The notes under the pieces are model-generated. The model did no database searches. It had not been told where the DNA came from and was given only the letters and a program-made list of their open reading frames with translations. 64,000 nt of DNA from Fimbriosthenelais zetlandica (taxonomy: Eukaryota), in assembly GCA_977030845.1 (NCBI GenBank), contig OZ365111.1, forward strand, positions 51,274,001-51,338,000, given 5' to 3'. Every line of letters starts with the position of its first letter. The first letter of the stretch is position 1. Below are positions 47,401 through 58,173 of the stretch, piece by piece. A program made the translations under genes and the position numbers.

Positions 47401-50352
47401 AAGTTGAACAAGTTCATTAAATTCCTTTCAGTTACCTTGGCCTTTTCAGCAACAGGCATTACAGATGCCAGGTCCCGTGCGATCATGTTTGGTATTCCAA
47501 CAGCAAACCTATTAAAGAAACAAGGCGAGTACAACTGAAGGGATATCAGGCTAATCAACTTAATAGATTCCGACTATCTATAATCAAACTCTGGCAAGTC
47601 CCCACTTTTGAATCTAAACTAAATATTTTTATACCAACCCGTTCTCAATCTTGACAATGGTAGCATGAACAGCAGACGTCAGTGCTTTAGCATCCATGGC
47701 ACAGATGCTGCCAGAATCCACCTTGGTGACGATATGGTTGAAGGCATCCACGATAGCGGGACCAGTCAGGGCACCTTCACGTTCTAACGTGGCCAGAGAT
47801 CGCACCACCATCCAAGACACCTTCTTTACGATGGCCAGGGCTGCACACAAAACAAATTAAAACGGATTTCAACACAAGGTATAATAAAATCTAGCTCTTC
47901 ATATTCAAGACAAGCCCACGACATTTGTTACCTTCGACAGCGTTTTCTGCAACAAGTTCCTGTTGGATCAAATCTTGGAAGAAGGCAGGTTCAGCAAGCG
48001 CTGCTAGGTCTACACTTGGGAGCGCCATTTTGATGGCCTTCGTATGAACAATGGTGATAGTCTTCAGTAGGGCTGAAAGATCAAACAACTCTGAAAATAA
48101 ATCTACATACAAATGTGCCTAACTAACATTAAGTTAGATTGAACATTGGTGCCATCAAAATTGATTTGCAGGCATTGTTAATCTTACCAGCATTGTAAAC
48201 AGCCTTCATCTGAGCCGAGCAGGCGTGGGTGGCAGGCGGGAAGCTGACGACTGAAGCACCAAAGCCAGGTACAGGCAATCCAGGGGCAATACCAGCCAAA
48301 CCAGCAGCAGAGATACCAGGGGCAATACCAGCCAAACCAGCAGCAGAGATACCAGGGGCAATACCAGCCAGACCAGGGGCAATACCAGCCAGACCAGGGG
48401 CAGCGATACCAGGGGCAATACCAGCCATACCACCAAGACCAGGGGCAATTCCAGGAGTAGCGATACCAGCAAGACCAGCAGCAGAGATACCAGGGGCTAT
48501 TCCAGCCAGACCAGGGGCAGCGATACCAGGGACAATTCCAGCAAGACCAGGGGCAGCGATACCAGGGACAATTCCACCAAGACCAGCAGCAAGTGGGGCA
48601 GCAATACCAGATGCAACACCAGGGGCGATTCCAGCAATTCCAGCTTCAGGCATAGAGGCTCCCATGCCAGCAAAACCGGGGGCAATTCCAGCTAGAGGGG
48701 TAGCAATACCAGGAGCGATGCCAGCAATGGCCGGGGCAGCAATACCAGCGGCAATTCCAGCAAGACCAGCAGTAGCGGCAATTCCAGCTTCAGGCATAGA
48801 GGCTGCCATACCAGCAATACCGGGTGCAATTCCAGCTAGTGGAGAAGCAATACCAGGAGCGATGCCAGCAGCAATACCAGGAGCGATACCAGCAATCGCC
48901 GGGGCAGCAATACCAGACATACCAGCTCCATATACTGCAGCAGTATCAGCCCGGACAACATGCACTGCAAGAAAATTACCATCTCACTTGTAAAGTAAAG
49001 ACAAAACTATAAAGTCCAACCATTTGATTAATCTCGTTCCGAGCTCATCTTCTATCCAGGCAACTAAGACTTACCGATATGATGGATGAAGGCAGCGATG
49101 GGCAGACCACGCGGCAGAGCGAGAGCGATATGATCAGCGTTGGCGACGATGGCATGAATGATGAAATGAATTGTCTTAACGATGTCTTGGGTTACGACAG
49201 GGGCAAGGCTAGCGTCCGTTACGATGGTCTCTACAGCTGATGTGATTTTAGCGACGGCTGGAGCTCCAACAATCATTCCATGTTCCCTGTAACATTCATT
49301 AAAAAATACTCTGGATTTTTTTGCTTTTATCTCAAGCTAACCGTATGAGCTAGGCACAGAAAGACTCGACCAGAATTTGATGGCCGTAGGCTTTTGTATC
49401 CGACATAAGCCATTAGAGATTTACCAAATTCAGCTACTTACATGGCTACAACAGCGTCCATTTTCTCCACGAAGGCCCACAGTTCTTCCTCAGAGATCAT
49501 CTCGCTACAGGGAGCGGACGCCACGGCGGCCATGACAGTTTTGAAGTGGGCGATGACGTCATTTCCCATGACGAGTCCTGGTTTAGTTACAGCCATCTTC
49601 ACAAAGTCATCAAGTCCTGCGCCAATACCGGAAATGCCTGGAAAAGATCATTGAATTGCAGCATAGTAAACCTCCGTGAAAGTTTTAATAACGCGTCTCA
49701 ATATGATCAGATAAAAGACTTACCTTTGATGATAGCGGGGTACTCAGCCAGGGTACTGACGGGCGTGAAGTAACCACCCACAATGTCATTGATGACATCA
49801 CCAACAATGGCTTCAGTTTCAGACGGTATGAAAGCCAGAGACCTGAGAGCCATACCACGGATCACAGCCGAGCTCACCACCGTGTTAGGCTTCATTAATC
49901 CTGAAATAATTACAAACTGATTAGTACAAGTAAAATAAGCAAAATATAGGCCATTTACGGGTCCAAAATAGACCCAGTAGCACCGACATTTAGAGGTAAA
50001 GTCTTTTGTACCCAGCCATTTACGAATAGAAGAATTCTCACCAAAAGCAATAGTGAATTTGGCGCGTTGAGGGCAGGTCATTCCGGCGGCGGTCGTCCTC
50101 CATACATCCTGTAGAGTAGCGGCTATCTGGCCGACCTCAGCCTCGGTCATGTCCACTATAGCCTTAGTGGACATCTCCCGCACGCCAAACACGGCACGAC
50201 TTTCTGTAAGTCAACACAAAAGTCAGTTAAAGTGGAATTTCTGTGGAGAATTTGAACAACTTTAATGAAATTAAGTTGGAAATAAACTATAAAAACTTAC
50301 CGACGCCATAGGCGACGAGTAAGGCGAGGCAGAGAGGTAGACAGCGCCACAT
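44474..50352 (-). CDS. same family, copy 4 (~1,370 aa)
   Basis: Same exon series; exon 6 = 777 nt, exon 14 = 895 nt with (GNPIAAGVGAF)11. Confidence 0.85.
45328..45690. repeat. 33-bp coding minisatellite x11 (GNPIAAGVGAF) in copy 4 exon 14
   Basis: 11 perfect AAAAGCACCCACTCCAGCAGCAATGGGGTTACC units. Confidence 0.95.
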
Positions 50353-50430
50353 GTTGAGATGTAGAAGTCGTGGATGTATGTAGAATGGTTGCTCTGAACG
50401 AGCAGTGACCAGAGCTGGTCATCTCACGCC

Positions 50431-50437
50431 TTTTATA
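50431..50437 (-). promoter_or_regulatory. TATA box of copy 4
   Basis: Identical motif and offset. Confidence 0.75.
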
Positions 50438-50848
50438 CTCCCACAGGTCCACACAGAATCCCAAACCACGGACCAGGATCAAAGGTCACATACAGGGGGG
50501 TAGGTAGGTGACGATTAGCTGGACAATACACTGGACTGAAGCCCTCAACATGTGGGCCATCTCAACACATTTATTATCTTAAATTGATGAAAAGATTTGG
50601 GTGTGTATTGGTTTTAATTTGTGAGATTTTGACGGAAATTTGGAATTTAACAAAGGGCGGCCTCACACTGAGTATGGAAGGGTCCATTGTCAAAAGGCTG
50701 GTCACTCTCGACACATTCTTGGAGTCAATCTCGACCTGCCAAGCTTGAAACCCGTTCTACAAGTTCCCGGCTATATTGCTAGATATATTGCTGTAATATT
50801 GTTAGATTGCCTGTTACTCGAGGGTTGGCTGTAGCTCATAGACCAGCG

Positions 50849-50932
50849 GTCAGGATGGTCGAGCGGTCTAAAGCGCTGCGTTCAGGTCGCAGTCCACTTC
50901 TGTGGGCGTGGGTTCGAATCCCACTTCTGACA
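50849..50932 (+). tRNA. tRNA-Leu(CAG), array D no.1 (D-stem disrupted, possible pseudogene)
   Basis: GGCCG>GGTCG and TAAGG>TAAAG give U.G and C.A in the D stem; the changes are not compensatory. Confidence 0.7.
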
Positions 50933-51018
50933 TAATTTTTTCACCCATGTGAGTTCATGACTTGTCTTGTTTTCAATTAGTTTGTACTCGAGGGTTGGCT
51001 GTTATTCATATGCCAGCA

Positions 51019-51102
51019 GTCAGGATGGCCGAGCGGTCTAAGGCGCTGCGTTCAGGTCGCAGTCCACTTCTGTGGGCGTGGGTTCGAATCCCACTTCTGA
51101 CA
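51019..51102 (+). tRNA. tRNA-Leu(CAG), array D no.2
   Basis: Identical 84-mer. Confidence 0.97.
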
Positions 51103-51523
51103 TATCTTTTTCCGCCCATTTGAAGGAATACCTTGTCTTGTTTTCAATTAGTTTGTATTGCCTATTTTCTGAGGGTCATTCTGAACGATTGAACACCTAT
51201 TACCAGGGCCAGGCCTATCAACCCGTTCGCGGCGAACAATGCCTCAAGGCATTCCCGTGCAGAGGGCGAGCAATGCATTAATGCATCATGAACTATTTTC
51301 GACCAATTTAGAGTGGGGAATTTGCTATATTTTGGTGATAATTTTGTTTCAATATTCCAATTAGAAGCCGAGATATTGACTTTCGAATTCGGTAATGTCC
51401 AGAATGTTTTCAGAAATATTGATTTCCCGAAAGCACAATATTTATATAGGAAACGTTTAATACAATTCGAATACAGTAGTGTTCTGTGTTACAGTTATCA
51501 TTGGCAATCATGATGATCTAAAG

Positions 51524-51576
51524 ATAGAAGACTCGCCTGCCATCTGTGAAACTTTAGGTTCGATTCCAGGCCTGGC
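51524..51576 (+). pseudogene. degenerate tRNA-derived remnant, spacer D
   Basis: Variant copy with GGTTCGATTCC retained. Confidence 0.35.
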
Positions 51577-52280
51577 AACTCGCTTTTCACTGTGACCTGG
51601 GCCTCATTATTTTAACATTATGAACATTAGTGTACATTTTAAATCGCCACTGCATATATATAGTGATGATTTCACATATCTTTTCAGTGATAACTTTGAA
51701 AGTGACATGCACGATTACATGACCTGTCCACCAATTACCCTGGCTACCATTAATTTGTTCTAAGATTTTCAGAGACCGTGGGAATCACGCTACCTCTTAA
51801 ATAACGATTTTTAAAAACAAGGTCCCAATCTATATGCTGTGGCACCTAATTCAAGAATAGAAAAGGACTAGGGAAATTAACCTATAGCCTAACTCCCAAT
51901 ATAATTAAAGTCCATTTAACTGGATTACAGTTAATAAGAGATGGTTTCGCCAAATATAAGCCATTTAGTTTTGGCTATTTGCTCGAGTAAGCGTCCCTTA
52001 AATCACGCATTTATACATTGTGATAAGAATATATTTAATCGGCTGCCATTTCACTTTTAAATAACTAATATTGTATAGGAGATATAACGGCCCATTGAAA
52101 ATCTGGAGCCCTTTGTCAAATCAAGATGGAGGCATTAAATTTGATTGCATGCTTTCAGTTTATTAAATCCACCATAAGTCAACTAACAGATTCCTCTAAC
52201 AGGCTAATAGGTGCTGTCATGAAGCGTAGTCCGTTAACAGTCTGTATACACGAGGTCCATGTATAGTGGTCATCACAGGG

Positions 52281-55200
52281 TCAGCTGGTGAATGAAGGCA
52301 TGTCAGTCAGGCCGACTGTATGGAGGGTCGCGATGTAAGCTTCAGCAATTCTCAGCTTCAGAATACCAACAGGTATGTTGGTCACGGGTACAAAGTGTGC
52401 GCCAATACTGCAAGAGAAAGAAGACAGTCGCTATACCAGAAAAGAGATCGTCATGCAACTTTTAGACCATGGGATGCAAGCCAAGAAACCCTCATGGTTA
52501 ATTTCAAATACATCATTTCGATCCTTACCCAGATTCCAGAGCCTCGATGAAGGCAGGTGCTGACAGGATAGATTCAACAGGGGTGGCTTCCAATCCAGCG
52601 ACAGGTACTAAGAACGATACATTTCATTACATACAGTACAATATACCATAGTCCATCATTCAGCTGTTTCAGTACATTAAAAATAGTAACCAGAGATGGT
52701 TCTAGTTCAAGTATTCAGTCTCTTACCGATTCCAACGGCTTTGCTGGTGATGATGGCTTTAACCACGTGGTCAAACACTGGTAGGATGTCTGAGGCTGTC
52801 ACCATCTTGGTCGTACTACCCACCATTACATTAGCCAGTCTGAAAAAGGACAAAATCATCAAGCCACGTCTTACATGCCATAATACTAAGTTCCCCAGAT
52901 ACCTCCCAGATATATTTATAAGGTTCTTACACGTCTGCGTATTTACTGCGGATGCTTGTGTAGATTGAATTCTTCAAGAAGACTTCAGGTGCAATAGGTG
53001 CACCAAAGGCGCCAATACCAGCAGCAGCAACGGGGTTACTGATCAGTCCGAGGCCACCAATGGGAGAACCAAAACCTCCAATACCAGCCATTCGGTTAGC
53101 ATATGCACCGTAGGCCATGCCATAATGTCCAGCGGTAATGGGACTACCAAAAGCACCCACTCCAGCAGCAATGGGGTTACCAAAAGCACCCACTCCAGCA
53201 GCAATGGGGTTACCAAAAGCACCCACTCCAGCAGCAATGGGGTTACCAAAAGCACCAAGTCCAGCAGCAATGGGGTTACCAAAAGCACCAAGTCCAGCAG
53301 CAATGGGGTTACCAAAAGCACCCACTCCAGCAGCAATGGGGTTACCAAAAGCACCCACTCCAGCAGCAATGGGGTTACCAAAAGCACCCACTCCAGCAGC
53401 AATGGGGTTACCAAAAGCACCCACTCCAGCAGCAATGGGGTTACCAAAAGCACCAAGTCCAGCAGCAATGGGGTTACCAATAGTACCAATTGCAGCAGGT
53501 AGGGGATTGCCAAATGCGTCAATTCCAGCAGCAGGAATGCCAGCAACGAGGGGCGTTCCAAAAGCACCAAAACCAGCAGCGATGGGGTTACCAATAGCGT
53601 TCATTCCAATACCAGCAGCCAGGGGATTGCCAAGAGCAGCCGCAATGGGGAGGCCAAAGGCAGCACCAATTCCAGAAGCAATAGGGATTGCAGCAGCAAT
53701 GGGATTGCCATAAGGTCCCATTGCTCCAATAGCTCCACAAGCACCGGTGGCTACACAGGGCATCGTCATGTGCATTACTGAAAAGATTATCATCTTTATC
53801 ATCATCATCATAAAGTTTAACAGTTAATAACATTTAGTCTGAATTTCCTAATGTTTAAATTCTCACCCAGTTGGTTGGCGAACCATGCTCGTACTGCGGC
53901 CATGTTTTCCATCTTGGCGATCGGTGAGAGGGCAACACGAAGCTCATTAGCCAGCACTGCAAACGGTGTGGTCAGTAGTCCTTCAATGGGAGCAATGGCG
54001 GCCATGTTGGATGCACCAACGATCTTTCCAAGCCAAGACTTTAGCACAGATGGTCTAAAGGCTGTCTCGATCCTTGCAGGTAGCTCAACTAGTATAGCTT
54101 TCTCCCACGCTTTGTCAGCCATTGGTTCAGCTCCACAGATCGCTACTTCCTTCTTGATCACCGTCATGATCTTAGCTTTCATTACAGGCAAGATGGACGC
54201 CATTGTCGCCGTTCTCCAGTCTGCTGGGATAATCTCCTTGATGGCCTTCACTACAGTCACATCTATAATAAGTCACATCTGTAAAGTTTCAGACCCGACT
54301 AATATATTTTCAGCTTACCATATAAATATGTGCTTAGGCCCAATTTGACAAAACTAAAGCCAAGCCATTTGTGTTGTATGGAAACACAAGCTACCAGCCT
54401 ATGACAACTTACCAGTCACAGATGCTATATGGGCAGCAATGGTCGCCTGTTCACCTTCAAACAGTGAAGTAACTGCTGTCACAATCTCAGCCTCAGTGAC
54501 AGTCTTGGTCTTGACAGCGCTGGTCATGGCATAGTGAAGTACACTGGTGACAGAGGCCTTAGCCTTGATGAAGTGAACATTGACGGCACCAGGCAGCAAT
54601 GCTACAAGAACAAAAATAACATACCAAATGCATGTTGCAATGCAGGATTACCTTTCTAGCCACAGCTATGCTCCATTTCATAAACTAATAGGAAAACTCT
54701 TGTCATACCTGCAGCGAATTTGGCGGCGACGCCCTTGATGCAAACTGCTGGGACAGCCGCTTCTATTTCCTTAACCAGGGGCACGATCATTTGGGCGATT
54801 ACTGCAGGGTGGATGCGAGCTAGTGGTTCAAATCCAGTCAAAGCATGGCCTGCCAGGATAGCTGCAACTGCTGGGTCTGCAATTGACATCAGTACCAACA
54901 ATTATGCCATATATTTGGCCATTTCATAGACTCTAAAGCTTCTTTAAGAAAAATCGAACTAGTCTTACCATAGATTGGTGCTACACCTGCACCGGAAGCT
55001 CCCATCAGTCCCCACGCATGCGCCATAGCCATGATGGGTTTGATACTGACGATGTCCGCTGCAATGTCCATCTTTAAAGCCTCGACCACTCCACCACAAG
55101 CTCCAACCACAGGGGCGATCATAGCTACAACCTGTAAGATAGGGCACCTCAATTACTCTACCATTCAATAACGACCAGCATATTGTGAGCCCCATATGTG

Positions 55201-58088
55201 TTAAGTTTAACAAGTTCATTAAATTTATTTCAGTTACCTTGGCCTTTTCAGCAACAGGAATTACAGATGCCAGGTCGCTTGCGATCATGTTTGGTATTCC
55301 AACAGCAAACCTATTAAAAGAAACAACGTTACAATTTATCAGGCCAATTAAGTCAATAGAATCCGACTATTGAGACCAACTCAGTCCCCAATCAAACCTA
55401 AAATTAGTTATACGGACCAGTTCTCAATCTTGACAATGGTAGCATGAACAGCAGACGTCAGTGCTTTAGCATCCATGGCACAGATGCTGCCAGAGTCCAC
55501 CTTGGCGACGATATGGTTGAAGGCATCCACGATAGCGGGACCAGTCAGGGCTCCCTCACGTTCTAACGTGGCCAGAGATCGCACCACCATCCAAGACACC
55601 TTCTTTACGATGGCCAGGGCTGCAAATAAACATGGTTAATTAAAAAAGGTACAACACTCTCGCTTTAAATATTAAAAACAAGTCCATGACATTTGTTACC
55701 TTCGAAAGCGTCTTCTGCAACAAGTTCCTGTTGCATTAAATCTTGGAAGAAGGCAGGTTCAGCAAGCGCTGCTAGCTCTACACTTGGGAGCGCCATTTTG
55801 ATGGCCTTCGTATGAACAATGGTGATAGTCTTCAGTAGGGCTGAAAGATCGAACAACTCAGATAAGAAATCGACCTACAAATGTTTCGAACTAAACATTA
55901 AGTCAAAATGGACATTCAATAATTATTCGCAGGCATTGTTAATCTTACCAGCATGATAGACAGCCTTCATCTGAGCCGAGCAGGCGTGGGTGGCAGGCGG
56001 GAAGCTGAGGACTGAAGCTCCAAATCCAGGGGCAATTCCAGCGATACCAGGGGCAATTCCAGCGATACCAGGGGCAATTCCAGCGATACCAGGGGCAATT
56101 CCAGCGATACCAGGGGCAATTCCAGCGATACCAGGGGCAATTCCAGCGATACCAGGGGCAATTCCAGCGATACCAGGGGCAATTCCAGCGATACCAGGGG
56201 CAATTCCAGCGATACCAGGGGCAATTCCAGCGATACCAGGGGCAATTCCAGCGATACCAGGGGCAATTCCAGCGATACCAGGGGCAATTCCAGCGATACC
56301 AGGGGCAATTCCAGCGATACCAGGGGCAATTCCAGCGATACCAGGGGCAATTCCAGCGATACCAGGGGCAATTCCAGCGATACCAGGGGCAATTCCAGCA
56401 AGACCGGGGGCAGCGATACCAGGGGCAATACCAGCAAGACCAGCAGCAAGTGGGCCAGCAATACCAGACGCAACACCAGGGGCGATTGCAGCAATTCCAG
56501 CTTCAGGCATAGAGGCTCCCATGCCAGCAATACCGGGAGCGATGCCAGCAATGGCTGGGGCAGCAATACCCGGGGCAATTCCAGCTAGAGGGGCAGCAAT
56601 ACCAGGCGCAATTCCAGCTAGAGGGGCAGCAATACCAGCAGCGATGCCAGCAATTGCTGGGGCAGCAATACCAGACATACCAGCTCCATATACTGCAGCA
56701 GTATCAGCCCGGACAACGTGTACTGCAAGAAAATTACCATCTCTCTAGCAAAAGACAAAACTATAAAGTCCAACCATTTGATTAATCTTGTTCTGAGCTC
56801 AGCTTCTATCCAGGCAACCAAGACTTACCGATGTGATGGATGAAGGCAGCGATGGGCAGACCACGCGGCAGAGCGAGAGCGATATGATCAGCGTTGGCGA
56901 CGATGGCATGAATGATGAAATTAATGGTCTTAACGATGTCCTGGGTTACCACTGGTGCAAGGCTAGCGTCCGTTACGATGGTCTCTACAGCTGATGTGAT
57001 TTTAGCTACGGCTGGAGCTCCAACAATCATTCCATGTTCCCTGAAACATTCATAGAGTATTCCTGCGTTTACGCTTTTATCTAAAGCTAACCGTATGAGC
57101 TAGGCACAGAAAGACTGGACCAGAATTTGATGGCCGTAGATTGCCTTTTGTATCCGACATAAGCCATTAGAGATTTACCAAATTCAGCTACTTACATGGC
57201 GACCACAGCGTCCATTTTCTCCACGAAGGCCCACAGTTCTTCCTCAGAGATCATCTCGCTACAGGGAGCAGACGCCAAGGCGGCCATGACAGTTTTGAAG
57301 TGCGTGATGACGTCATTTCCCATGACGAGTCCTGGTTTAGTTACAGCCATCTTCACAAAGTCATCAAATCCTGCACCAATAGAGGAAATGCCTGGAAAAG
57401 ATCATCGAATTGTGAGGTTCCACGATGTTTTAAAAAATCTACATCTCCAAAAGATCAGAGCCACAATTTACCTTTGATCATGGCGGGGTACTCAGCCAGG
57501 GTACTGACGGGCGTGAAGTAACCACCCACAATGTCATTGATGACATCACCAACAATGGCTTCAGTTTGAGACGGTATGAAAGCCAGAGACCTGAGAGCCA
57601 TACCACGGATTACAGCCGAGCTCACCACCGTGTTAGGCTTCATTAATCCTGAAATAATTACAAACTGATTAGTACAAGTAAAATCATCAAGATATAGGCC
57701 ATTTACAGTTTCAAAACAGCTTTTAAATTCCTCTTCTACTGGATCTATGCACTGTAGAGGAATACAGAAATTCTCACCAAAAGCAATAGTGAATTTGGCG
57801 CGTTGAGGGCAGGTCATTCCGGCGGCGGTCGTCCTCCATACATCCTGTAGAGTAGCGGCTATCTGGCCGACCTCAGCCTCGGTCATGTCCAATACAGCCT
57901 TAGTGGACATCTCCCGCACGCCAAACAAGGCACGACTTTCTTTAAGTCGACACAAAAGTCAGTTAAAGTGGAATTTCTGTGGAGAATTTGAACAACTTTA
58001 ATGAAATTAAGTTGGAAATAAACTATAAAAACTTACCGACGCCATAGGCGACGAGTAAGGCGAGGCAGAGAGGTAGACAGCGCCACAT
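52281..58088 (-). CDS. same family, copy 5 (~1,355 aa)
   Basis: Same exon series; exon 6 = 774 nt with (IAGIAPG)17; exon 14 = 847 nt with 10 GNPIAAG(V/L)GAF units; the exon-8 donor is weaker (GTCCGT). Confidence 0.82.
53149..53478. repeat. 33-bp coding minisatellite x10 (GNPIAAG[V/L]GAF) in copy 5 exon 14
   Basis: 10 units in protein order L,V,V,V,V,L,L,V,V,V. Confidence 0.95.
56026..56403. repeat. 21-bp coding minisatellite x17 (IAGIAPG) plus a flanking unit in copy 5 exon 6
   Basis: 17 perfect CCAGGGGCAATTCCAGCGATA units. Confidence 0.95.
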
Positions 58089-58166
58089 GTTGAGATGTAG
58101 AAGTCGTGGATGTATGTAGAATGGTTGCTCTGAACGAGCAGTGACCAGAGCTGGTCATCTCACGCC

Positions 58167-58173
58167 TTTTATA
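58167..58173 (-). promoter_or_regulatory. TATA box of copy 5
   Basis: Identical motif and offset. Confidence 0.75.

Noticed and set aside
26288-51102. CRISPR-like repeat-spacer arrays
   Set aside because: The 84-bp repeats fold as complete tRNA-Leu genes, the spacers are homologous to one another, the context is eukaryotic and there are no cas genes.
26040-51281. Small ORFs across the tRNA arrays (e.g. 26661-26894, 26713-26898, 34465-34797, 43131-43388) and 35667-35966 / 43475-43789
   Set aside because: They are translations of tRNA or tRNA-remnant sequence (MAERSKALRSGRS, WESNP), a common false-gene signature.
31483-56748. Long + strand ORFs over the linker exons (31483-32157, 40236-40994, 45169-45714, 45278-45925, 48229-48993, 53138-53713, 55990-56748) and Leu-rich alternate minus frames
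   Set aside because: They coincide exactly with the coding minisatellites; Gly/Ala/Ile/Pro codon repeats lack stops in the other frames. They have no independent promoter or splice support and are shadows of the real exons.
20791-58088. tRNA-Leu(CAG) arrays supplying codons for the neighbouring protein
   Set aside because: The protein is dominated by Ala/Ile/Gly/Val/Pro, and its Leu codons are mixed (CTG, CTT, CTA, CTC, TTG in exon 13). tRNAs also act in trans. A full codon count could revisit this, but the visible sequence does not support it.
20791-58088. Assignment as collagen, vitellogenin, globin or sabellariid-type cement protein
   Set aside because: No Gly-X-Y triplet run, no recognisable LPD/VWD or globin motifs, no Tyr/Lys-Gly or poly-Ser tracts.
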